Assembly: GCA_014360895.1 (NCBI GenBank)
Contig: JACIWQ010000003.1
Span: 1 to 61,057, forward strand
Origin: Thermoflexales bacterium
GTDB taxonomy: Bacteria > Chloroflexota > Anaerolineae > B4-G1 > DUEL01
DNA: 61,057 bases
Direction of reading: 5' to 3'
Part shown: in pieces, positions 1 through 7,518 of the stretch
How the letters are laid out: every line of letters starts with the position of its first letter
Numbering within the stretch: position 1 is the stretch's first letter
Made by a program: the position numbers and the translations under genes
Notes under the pieces: generated by a model
Told to the model about the DNA's origin: nothing
Database searches by the model: none
What the model saw: only the letters and a program-made list of their open reading frames with translations

Positions 1-56
1 GAGAGAAAAGCAGGAAGCAAGAAGCAGGGGGCATTTGGCCTCCTGCTTCTTGCTTC
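1..56 (-). terminator. Intrinsic-terminator-like hairpin 3' of the SurA-like gene
   Basis: Perfect 15-bp inverted repeat gaagcaagaagcagg (14-28) / cctgcttcttgcttc (42-56) with a 13-nt loop. On the minus strand it follows the stop at 58-60 and is followed by cttttctctc. The arms are made of a stuttered short word, like other intergenic hairpins here. Confidence 0.55.
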
Positions 57-57
57 T

Positions 58-1263
58 TTATTGTGTCGGGACCTTTGACGCCCAGTCTTCGCTGTATTGA
101 ACCGTCGCCATCTGGGCCTGGAGCCATTCCTGGAAGACCCGTTGCTCCTCATAGGAGCGCAGCCAGGATTCCAGTTCCCGCACCTCGCGGCCCATGACCT
201 GCACGATGTACCAGCGACCGTCCGTTCCGGTCAGCGGGGCGGTGTACTGGAGTGCCGGGGTATCCCATATCGTGCGGGCAGCTTCCTCGCCGAACTGCTC
301 CGTCAGGAATCCCTGGGTGACCCACTCCGGTTCGCTGGCGTACGCGGTACTTTCCTGGTCCGCCTCTATCTCCGCCGCGATGTCTTCCCACTTTTCCCCT
401 TTGCTCAGCCGATCCGCCACCTGCCCGGCTTCCTCCTGGGTGGAAAGGGAGAGGTAGCGGATTTGGACCTGTTCCATCGTCTGGGGGACTTCCGCCGCCA
501 TAGCCTGCTGGAGTTTGTCGTAGAGCAGGCTGGCCTCTACCATCGCGCGGAATTTGGCCTCGCTGAGGCCGCTGGGCTTCAGGTAGGTTTTCACGTACTC
601 CTGATACCGGCGGTCAAACTCTTCCTTCGGCACCGGCGTCGGCGCCGGGGTTGCCGTGGCCGTCAGCGGGGTCTCCGCTGTTACCGGAGCGGTGGGGACG
701 ACCGTCGGGGTCAGGAGGGCCGCCGCGGCCGCGTCCCGGTCGTAGCCGAACTGTTCCTCAATGGCCCGGTCTATCTCCTCCGGGGAGACCGAAATCCCGC
801 GCCGGGCGGCTTCCTGGCGGAGGATTTCCTCCTGGACCATCCGGTCCAGCACCTCCTTCCCCAGCATGGCGGCGTAGGTTTCGGAGAGCATGGAGTCTAT
901 CTGGCGAATCTGGCCGTTCAGATACTCCAGCATGTAGGAGGTGTTGGGGTCGGTGGGGTCCAGTTCCATCCGCAGGCTCGTGTAATAATTCCGCTGGTCT
1001 TGAAGGACGAGGCGGTAGTGCCGGACGCGAGCCTGGAAATCAGCGGTGGATATGGGGACACCGTTGACGGTGGCAACGGGTACCCGGCCCTTAAAGACGT
1101 TCTCCGCCAGGTAGCCGTAGAGCAGGATGCCGACGACCAGAACGCCGAGGGCGACGGTCCCGATGATAATCCAGCGGTTCAGCCGCGCTTCCCGTTCCGC
1201 GCGGGTGCGCTGTTTTTTGGTCAGTGGGCGCGGTGCGGCGACTTCTTTCCGTCTTCTGGACAT
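58..1263 (-). CDS. SurA N-terminal domain / PpiC-type peptidyl-prolyl isomerase-like membrane-anchored chaperone
   Basis: 401-aa ORF. Basic N-terminus plus one TM helix (IIIGTVALGVLVVGILLYGYL), then VATVNGVPISTADFQARV typical of the SurA_N/PpiD family, a Pro/Thr/Ala linker and a parvulin-like C-terminal part. Last gene after rpsF-ssb-rpsR. Confidence 0.6.
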   Translation of the reverse strand: MSRRRKEVAAPRPLTKKQRTRAEREARLNRWIIIGTVALGVLVVGILLYGYLAENVFKGRVPVATVNGVPISTADFQARVRHYRLVLQDQRNYYTSLRMELDPTDPNTSYMLEYLNGQIRQIDSMLSETYAAMLGKEVLDRMVQEEILRQEAARRGISVSPEEIDRAIEEQFGYDRDAAAAALLTPTVVPTAPVTAETPLTATATPAPTPVPKEEFDRRYQEYVKTYLKPSGLSEAKFRAMVEASLLYDKLQQAMAAEVPQTMEQVQIRYLSLSTQEEAGQVADRLSKGEKWEDIAAEIEADQESTAYASEPEWVTQGFLTEQFGEEAARTIWDTPALQYTAPLTGTDGRWYIVQVMGREVRELESWLRSYEEQRVFQEWLQAQMATVQYSEDWASKVPTQ

Positions 1264-1268
1264 AGGTT

Positions 1269-1589
1269 TCAGGCCGGGTGGGTGTAATCCACGACGAACG
1301 GCAGGAGGGCCAGATGGCGGGCCCGCTTGATCGCCCGAGCCAGTTGCCGTTGATGGCGGGCGCAGAGACCCGTCTGCCGCCGAGGCCGAATCTTGCCCCG
1401 CTCGCTCAGGAAGCGGCTCAGCGTATCGGCGTCTTTGTAGTCAACCTTTTCCACCTTTTCGGCGCAAAACACACACCGGCGCACCGGCCGCCGCCATTGG
1501 GCCTGCTGGGCCCGGGCTTCCGCGCGCGCGGTGGCAACGGCCCGACCAGTCTGTCGTCCTCCCGATGATGACCGTCGTTCTTCTGCCAA
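1269..1589 (-). CDS. rpsR: 30S ribosomal protein S18
   Basis: C-terminal 65 aa match the S18 signature ([60 protein letters not shown]). The Arg/Ala-rich N-terminal extension makes the exact start uncertain. Confidence 0.9.
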   Translation of the reverse strand: MAEERRSSSGGRQTGRAVATARAEARAQQAQWRRPVRRCVFCAEKVEKVDYKDADTLSRFLSERGKIRPRRQTGLCARHQRQLARAIKRARHLALLPFVVDYTHPA

Positions 1590-1603
1590 TCTTCACCTCC
1601 GGA

Positions 1604-2023
1604 TTAAAACGGGAACTCCTCGCCCATAGCTTCTTCGCCCACCGGCATCTCTTCCTCCGGCATCTCTGGCTGCTCCATCTCCAGATTCTGCGGGCGACCG
1701 CCGAGGATAATCATCTCCTGGGCCACCAGTTCGGTGCGGAAGTGCTTCTTGCCCTCGGCATCTTCCCATCCCCGAGTCTGCAGGCGGCCCTCAATGTAGA
1801 CCTGATGCCCTTTGCGCAGACGTTGCTTGCAGATTTCCGCCAGATTTCCCCAGGCGACCACGTTGAACCACTCCGTCTCTTCGCGCCGCTCGCCATTGGA
1901 ATTGGTCCACCCGCGCGTGGTCGCGACGCTGAAGGAGGTCACCGGCCGTCCGGCCGGCGTGTACCGCATCTCGGGATCCCGACCCAGGTAACCGATGATC
2001 ATCACCTTATTCAGCCCTCTCAT
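1604..2023 (-). CDS. ssb: Single-stranded DNA-binding protein
   Basis: MRGLNKVMIIGYLGRDPEMRYTPAGRPVTSFSVAT...WFNVVAWGNLAE OB-fold signature and an acidic tail ending EEFPF. Sits between rpsF and rpsR as in the classical operon. Confidence 0.92.
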   Translation of the reverse strand: MRGLNKVMIIGYLGRDPEMRYTPAGRPVTSFSVATTRGWTNSNGERREETEWFNVVAWGNLAEICKQRLRKGHQVYIEGRLQTRGWEDAEGKKHFRTELVAQEMIILGGRPQNLEMEQPEMPEEEMPVGEEAMGEEFPF

Positions 2024-2040
2024 CGCTTCCCTGCTCCTTG

Positions 2041-2331
2041 TTAATCTTCGTCAGTACGGACAATCAGGTATCGGAGAATCTGTTCTTTGAATTTAAGCGC
2101 CCGATCCACTTCAGCCACGCCTTTGGCGTCCAAGCTGAACTCCATAAACACGTACTGGCCCTCCCGGACTTTGCGAATGGGATAGGCCAGTCGTCGGAGC
2201 CCCCAGGGCTCCACTTTGTGGACGGTGCCGCCGTTGGATTCCACAAGGCCCTTCACCTCGTCCACCACCGCGGCCAGCCCCTCGGAGTCCACCTGGGGGT
2301 GCACAATATAGGTCAGTTCATATTGTCGCAT
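2041..2331 (-). CDS. rpsF: 30S ribosomal protein S6
   Basis: MRQYELTYIVHPQV...WGLRRLAYPI is the S6 signature. I use the internal ATG (cat at 2329-2331), which is preceded by aaaggagg. The 25 extra codons of the track ORF (to 2406) overlap the predicted promoter and leader. Confidence 0.9.
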   Translation of the reverse strand: MRQYELTYIVHPQVDSEGLAAVVDEVKGLVESNGGTVHKVEPWGLRRLAYPIRKVREGQYVFMEFSLDAKGVAEVDRALKFKEQILRYLIVRTDED

Positions 2332-2415
2332 GGACGGTTCAAACCTCCTTTCCACGGGATTGCCTCCGGTCCGCGCCGGAGGCGGAAAGCCCGTCCGGGC
2401 ATACAAACGGGCACA

Positions 2416-2444
2416 ATCATAACACAGAGCGCAGATTTTGGCAA
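2416..2444 (-). promoter_or_regulatory. Sigma70-like promoter of rpsF-ssb-rpsR
   Basis: Minus strand reads TTGCCA (2444-2439), 17 nt spacer, TATGAT (2421-2416), with TG one base upstream of the -10 (extended -10). Confidence 0.45.
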
Positions 2445-2446
2445 AT

Positions 2447-2476
2447 CAGACCCCAGACGACAGCGTCCGGGGTCTG
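2447..2476 (-). terminator. Hairpin 3' of ftsK
   Basis: cagacccc...ggggtctg 8-bp stem plus inner gacg/cgtc pairs, about 40 nt downstream of the ftsK stop (2516). The minus strand continues atttgcc (weak U tract). Adjacent to a heptamer stutter at 2471-2505. Confidence 0.4.
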
Positions 2477-2515
2477 TGGTCCGTGGTCCGTCGTCTGTGG
2501 TCTGTCGCCTATCCC

Positions 2516-4714
2516 CTATTCCCCGCCGATGACCCTACGGGGGCGGCCAGCGGCCTCTGGCGGACCGACCAGCCCCATCTCCTCTAACCGCTCTATCAGC
2601 CGGGCCGCCGTGGGGTAGGCGATGCGCAACCGGCGCTGCAGGTAGGACGCGGAGATGGTCTCACGGGTCCGCAACAGGGCGATGGCCTGCTGGAGCAGGT
2701 CGTCCTCCTCCTGCATGGCGGACGGGGGAACGGCACCTCCGGCCGGCATCATGGATTCCCACGGCGCCTCGCTGGTCCAACCCGGCAGTTGCTGCCGCCA
2801 GAATTCCACCACCCGCTGAATCTCCGCCTCGCTCACGTAGCACCCCTGGAGCCGCACCGGATGGCCGGCGTCTGCCGCCAGGTACAGCATATCCCCTTTG
2901 CCCAGAAGCGTCTCCGCGCCGGGCATATCCAAGATGACCCGCGAGTCCACCTGGCTGGCCGTGGCGAAGGAGATGCGGGCCGGGAAGTTGGCCTTGATGA
3001 GGCCGGTCACCACGTCCACGCTGGGCCGCTGAGTGGCGACCACCAGATGGATGCCGGTGGCGCGGGCCATCTGGGCGATCCGGCAGATGGTCCGCTCCGT
3101 CTCTTCCGGGGCCAGCATCATCAGGTCCGCCAGTTCGTCTATCAGGACGACGATGCGGGGAAGCTGCAGGGAGGGGTCGCTCCGGCCCACTTTCTCGTTG
3201 TAGTCGTCTATGTGGCGGGCCCCGACGGCAGCGAAGCGGCGGTACCGCTCATCCATTTCGTGGGCCACCCACCGCAACACCCGACCGATGCGCTCCAGTT
3301 CCACCTCGGTCCGCCCCAGCAGATGGGGGAGGCCGTTGAAATGGACCAGTTCCACCATCTTGGGGTCAATCATTACAAACCGCAGTTGGTCGGGCCGATT
3401 GGTCATCGCCAGGCAGGTCGCCAGGGCCTTGATGCAGATGGACTTGCCGGAGCCGGTGGTGCCCGCGATGAGCAGATGGGGCATGGTGCTCAGGTCGGCC
3501 ACCACCGGGGTCCCCGCGACGTCCTCCCCCAGCGCGACGGTCAGGGGAGAGTCCATCGCGGCGAAGGCTTCGCTCTCCATAACCGAACGGAGGGGGACCC
3601 GGCTCACCCGGTCGTTGGGGACTTCAATCCCCACGACGGACCGGCCGGGGACCGGGGCCTCCACCCGCAGGGAGGGGGCCGCCAGGGCCAGCGCCAGGTC
3701 GTCGGCCAGGGCCGCAATCTGGCTGACCCGGACTTTGTGGGGGCGTCGCTGGCCGTCGGGGCCGGGCCGTTCGGTGAAGCCCGGAGCGATGCCGAACTGG
3801 GTGACCGCCGGCCCGCGCCGGACCTCCACGACCTGAACGGGCAATCCGAACTGGGCCAGTGTCTCCACGATGATGCGGCTTTTGCGGCGCACTTCTTCAT
3901 CGGAAAGGCCGACCTCCTCCCCTTCATCCAGCAGGTCCAGCGGCGGGAGGGAAGGTTCGGCGAAATCGGCCGAGGCGGACGGAGGAGCAGGCACCGCGCG
4001 GGCCGGCGCGGTCGGCGCGGGCGCCGGCTGGGGGGCGGCCGGAGCCGGACGTTCGGCGGGAGAGGGAGCCGAGGGAGCAGGGCGGGGGGATGGTCGGGCG
4101 GCGGGCTGGGCAGGCCGGGCCGCACGGGGGCGGGCCGGAGGGGGAACGGCGCGGCGTCGCCCCAGCCGTTCCCGGATATCGGCCAGGGTCCAATCCAGGG
4201 CCAGCCCCAGTCCCAGCAGGGTAAAGATGGTCAGCAGGACCCCGGCCACCGGCGGGCCCAGGTAGAGGGAAAGGACATGGGACAGGGCCCACCCGATGAC
4301 CCCTCCGCCCCATCCGCTCTGGAGGAGGGCCCAGGGGTCCCGGCGGCCCAGCAGCAGGTGGGTGAGGGCCAGCAGGCCGAAGAAGAGCAGTTCCAGCCCA
4401 ACCACCGGCCGCCACCGCCAGAGGACAGGACGGTCCAGATGGTGCTGGAGGATGAGGACCCCGCCCCATCCGATGGCGAACGCGACCGGCACCGCCCCCC
4501 AGCCGAAGACAAACTGAAGGGCATGGAGCCAGGCATCGGTCCAGCGGCCGGAGGTCACCCGCAGGAGGGTGAGGAACGTCAGGATAGATAGCAGAATCAG
4601 GCCCACGGCCAGGGTCTGCTGGGCGATGGGGCTGGTGAGCACTGCCCACCAAGGCCGACCCGGCGGCCGGGGGGCTGGCTTCTGTCCCGATGTTCCCTTT
4701 GGACGTGCGCTCAT
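2516..4714 (-). CDS. ftsK: DNA translocase FtsK/SpoIIIE
   Basis: 732 aa. N-terminal multi-TM region, Pro/Ala-rich linker, motor domain with Walker A GTTGSGKS and Walker B VVLIDELADL, and a C-terminal winged-helix gamma domain (ISASYLQRRLRIAYPTAARLIERLEEMG). Confidence 0.92.
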   Translation of the reverse strand: MSARPKGTSGQKPAPRPPGRPWWAVLTSPIAQQTLAVGLILLSILTFLTLLRVTSGRWTDAWLHALQFVFGWGAVPVAFAIGWGGVLILQHHLDRPVLWRWRPVVGLELLFFGLLALTHLLLGRRDPWALLQSGWGGGVIGWALSHVLSLYLGPPVAGVLLTIFTLLGLGLALDWTLADIRERLGRRRAVPPPARPRAARPAQPAARPSPRPAPSAPSPAERPAPAAPQPAPAPTAPARAVPAPPSASADFAEPSLPPLDLLDEGEEVGLSDEEVRRKSRIIVETLAQFGLPVQVVEVRRGPAVTQFGIAPGFTERPGPDGQRRPHKVRVSQIAALADDLALALAAPSLRVEAPVPGRSVVGIEVPNDRVSRVPLRSVMESEAFAAMDSPLTVALGEDVAGTPVVADLSTMPHLLIAGTTGSGKSICIKALATCLAMTNRPDQLRFVMIDPKMVELVHFNGLPHLLGRTEVELERIGRVLRWVAHEMDERYRRFAAVGARHIDDYNEKVGRSDPSLQLPRIVVLIDELADLMMLAPEETERTICRIAQMARATGIHLVVATQRPSVDVVTGLIKANFPARISFATASQVDSRVILDMPGAETLLGKGDMLYLAADAGHPVRLQGCYVSEAEIQRVVEFWRQQLPGWTSEAPWESMMPAGGAVPPSAMQEEDDLLQQAIALLRTRETISASYLQRRLRIAYPTAARLIERLEEMGLVGPPEAAGRPRRVIGGE

Positions 4715-4784
4715 TTCTACAGATTCACCGCAGAGAACGCAGGGCGCAGAGGCAATGTGTTCCCGCGCTTGCTGCAGTTCCCTA

Positions 4785-5774
4785 TCAAGACGCCGGGGCC
4801 GGTTCGGCCGCCTGACGGAGGCTGAGGCCCAGGCGGCGGCGGTCGGCGTCCACGTAAATGACCCGCAGCCGGACGGTCATCCCCTCCCGGACCACGTTGC
4901 GAGGATGCAGGAATTGACCTTCGGCCAGTTCGGAAAGGTGAATCAGACCCTCCACCCCTTCTTCTACCTGAGCAAACGCACCGAACTCCACCACGTTGGT
5001 GATGACTCCCTGGACAATCTGCCCGACCTGATACCGTTCTCCAACGGTGCGCCAGGGGTCCGGGTGGACTCGCTTCAGGCTCAGGCCGACTCGTCCGCGC
5101 TCCCGGTCCACATTCAGCACAGCGACCTGGACCTCCTGGCCCGGGCGAAGCAACTGGGCAGGGTGATTCACGCGGCTCCAGGAGATTTCGGAGATGTGGA
5201 TCAACCCCTCCAGTCCGCCCAGGTCTACAAACGCGCCGAAGGAGCAGATATTGGTCACTCTCCCCGTGCAGACATCCCCCGGCTGCAGCTGCTCCAGCAG
5301 GGCTTTCCGGCGTTGCTCTTCGGAATGGGTGGCCCGTTCGGAGAACACCAATCGCTGGCGCTCCGGGTCCACTTCAATGACATGGAGACGAAGAGTCTGA
5401 CCGAGGCGGGCACGCAGGGCCTCTTCCCGTTCCCGCTCGTCCATATAGGGGGGGAAGTCGGCCAGATGGGAGACCGGGACAAAGCCCTGGGTGCCGTTCC
5501 ACTCCACCAGCAGGCCGCCCCGATTGTAGCCGACCACCGGCAGGGTCAGGACGGCCTTTTCCTCCATCGCGCGGACGGCGGCGGCCCATCGTCCATCATC
5601 GGGCGGGGAAGGGGGCGCCCCGACGTCCGCCGACTCCGGTTCCAGGCCCAGCCCGAGCCATATGCTCTCGGGGTCGGCCGGGGGGGCCGAGCTTCTACTG
5701 TGCTCTCCCTCTCGCAGCAGGGCTTCCCAGTACGCTTCCGTGTAGGGCGCATTAGGGGGCAGAAAATCCACCAT
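4785..5774 (-). CDS. S1 RNA-binding domain protein (three S1 repeats)
   Basis: Repeated S1 motifs (GFVPVSHL, G.V.N...FGAFVDLGG.EGLIHISE, G.ITNVVEFGAFAQV..GVEGLIHLSE). I prefer the second ATG (cat 5772-5774) because a perfect GGAGGAGGTGG lies 1-13 nt upstream. The track ORF starts at 5798. Confidence 0.8.
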   Translation of the reverse strand: MVDFLPPNAPYTEAYWEALLREGEHSRSSAPPADPESIWLGLGLEPESADVGAPPSPPDDGRWAAAVRAMEEKAVLTLPVVGYNRGGLLVEWNGTQGFVPVSHLADFPPYMDEREREEALRARLGQTLRLHVIEVDPERQRLVFSERATHSEEQRRKALLEQLQPGDVCTGRVTNICSFGAFVDLGGLEGLIHISEISWSRVNHPAQLLRPGQEVQVAVLNVDRERGRVGLSLKRVHPDPWRTVGERYQVGQIVQGVITNVVEFGAFAQVEEGVEGLIHLSELAEGQFLHPRNVVREGMTVRLRVIYVDADRRRLGLSLRQAAEPAPAS

Positions 5775-5787
5775 ACCACCTCCTCCG

Positions 5788-6330
5788 CTATAACTCATTC
5801 AGTTTTCGCCAAAACCGTGCAGCACTCCGATTCCGATCGGCCGCTCGTTCCAATTGGAAATAACGGCCCACTCTTCTTGCCATCTCCATTTTAGTATACC
5901 AGTGTCCATACTTTTGAAAGAAAAGGTCCTTGAGTTCCGATACCGGGTCCGGAAGAGAGTCGGTCAGGCCCGACCACCCAGGGAGTCCCGTCGCCCTCTG
6001 GATAGCCTCATTATCGGCCAGCAACCACGCCTCCAGCATACGCGCGGCAACACAGATAACAACGTCTGGCTCGGAACGTACGGAGTCCAGCCGTTTCGCA
6101 GTTGCCGGGGGACATGGGTCTGTTTCCTGATCTAAAACGAAAAAGATGCGCTCAAATCCGGAACGCCGCAGGACATCCAAATGTCTGGACGCATCCCGGA
6201 TTAACAGGGAGCGCCCTCCTGCGTTGACGACTTTGACCGCTATTCCTCTCTGGCGCAGCCAGGGACAAAGACTCTCTTGGAAGAGGACCTCCAGCGATTT
6301 CCCTTCCACCACGAAACCAACCCGCCGCAT
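5788..6330 (-). CDS. DUF4276-family (Toprim-like) protein, partner of the upstream ATPase
   Basis: 180 aa. N-terminus VGFVVEGKSLEVLF (strand-EG-x-x-E, typical of DUF4276/Toprim), then GGRS and an acidic FFVLDQETD motif. The start ATG (6328-6330) directly abuts the ATPase TGA (6331-6333). Local GC is clearly lower than the flanks. Confidence 0.7.
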   Translation of the reverse strand: MRRVGFVVEGKSLEVLFQESLCPWLRQRGIAVKVVNAGGRSLLIRDASRHLDVLRRSGFERIFFVLDQETDPCPPATAKRLDSVRSEPDVVICVAARMLEAWLLADNEAIQRATGLPGWSGLTDSLPDPVSELKDLFFQKYGHWYTKMEMARRVGRYFQLERAADRNRSAARFWRKLNEL

Positions 6331-7518
6331 TCACGGCCTCCCCCTCTCAAGGTATCCCTGGAGCCAGAGTTCGTCCAGCGTGAAATGCTGCAGAAATTCC
6401 TGAATCTGCTCTATACTGTCGGCCCGTACAATCTGAGTACAGCCATCCACCTTGTCCATCAGATAGACCTCTTCGGGCAGGCAATGACGGACAAAGTCCG
6501 CACTATGCGTTGTGACAATCACCTGCGTTTGAGCAGAGACTTCTCGCATCAGTTGGACCAGTGGCTCCAGGACCAGGGGATGGAGGTTCCGCTCCGGCTC
6601 CTCCAGAAAAATGGCCGCAGGAGGGATGTCAGACCAGAGCAACGCACTCAGCAGGATCAGTAAACGCACTGTACCATCAGAAATCGCGATGGAGGGGAGC
6701 GCTCCCCTCACGCCACTTTCACGAACCCGGAAGGTGATTCGTCCATCCGCGAGCTCTTCGGTCTCCCAATCTTCAAATCCAGGAACCAGCATCTGAAGCA
6801 GGTCCCGAATCCGCTCGCGCGTCCCTCCATTAGACCGGATCACATGGAGCACGGCGGCCAGGTTGTCACCGGTTTCGGAGACGAAATGGGGAGTACGGAT
6901 CTCTGTCGGGAAACGGGCACTCTGAGTCAGAGGATCGTAAAATCGCCATCCCAGAAACATGTCGCTGATGATAGAAGAAGCCAGAGAGAAGAAGCGGGTT
7001 CGGACGAAAAGTTCTTTCTGGTTCGCTTCGCCGACAGATAGTTTGCGGGGGGAGTCGGACCACTCCCGGATCGTGACGTACTCCGTATCCCGTTCAAAAG
7101 CGGAAATTTCCTGCTCCTCTTCTATCCCCTCAGGGATACCGATGAGTGCTCCCTTCTCTTCCAAAACGACCAATTCCTGGTGGAACATCAGGTCGTAGGT
7201 AAACCGAAGGTTGCGGAACGGCTGTGTTTTCTTGCGCCCCACCGCTATGTTCAGGGTCTCCACCCCTAACGTGCCCCTCACCCCCAGAAGTGTGCTGCCT
7301 TTCCGGCGGCGACGGCAGCGCAGGTTGCTCCATCCGGCCCGACGGGCGACGGCTGTTTCCATCCCTTCCGCCACGCATTCCCGCAGGAAGCGGAATGCGT
7401 CCATTAAGTTGGACTTCCCCGCTGCGTTGGGCCCGATGAAGACACTGAACGGGGACAGAGGAAAATAGATTTCATCTCCGAAAGACTTAAAGTTGGCGAT
7501 TCGGATTTCTTGAATCAT
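6331..7518 (-). CDS. ABC/SMC-type AAA ATPase (AAA_15/AAA_21-like)
   Basis: Starts MIQEIRIANFKSF (RecF/SMC-like N-terminus). Walker A GPNAAGKS (7411-7434), signature-like ISDGTVRLL, Walker B AIFLEEPE, H-loop VTTHS. I use the ATG at 7516-7518; the 60 upstream codons of the track ORF overlap the preceding gene. Confidence 0.85.
   Translation of the reverse strand: MIQEIRIANFKSFGDEIYFPLSPFSVFIGPNAAGKSNLMDAFRFLRECVAEGMETAVARRAGWSNLRCRRRRKGSTLLGVRGTLGVETLNIAVGRKKTQPFRNLRFTYDLMFHQELVVLEEKGALIGIPEGIEEEQEISAFERDTEYVTIREWSDSPRKLSVGEANQKELFVRTRFFSLASSIISDMFLGWRFYDPLTQSARFPTEIRTPHFVSETGDNLAAVLHVIRSNGGTRERIRDLLQMLVPGFEDWETEELADGRITFRVRESGVRGALPSIAISDGTVRLLILLSALLWSDIPPAAIFLEEPERNLHPLVLEPLVQLMREVSAQTQVIVTTHSADFVRHCLPEEVYLMDKVDGCTQIVRADSIEQIQEFLQHFTLDELWLQGYLERGRP

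Noticed and set aside
2789-4591. 600-aa plus-strand ORF, plus several nested ORFs (3210-3836, 3604-4125, 3924-4652 and others).
   Set aside because: All overlap ftsK, whose Walker A/B motifs and gamma domain are unambiguous. These alternative frames give low-complexity Arg/Gly/Pro sequence.
5788-7518. Calling the low-GC ATPase/DUF4276 segment (and the FkbM gene at 26489-27292) a mobile element.
   Set aside because: No integrase, transposase, recombinase, tRNA attachment site or flanking direct/inverted repeats are visible at the borders. Only the compositional deviation supports horizontal origin, so they are reported as islands in the findings and not as mobile_element features.
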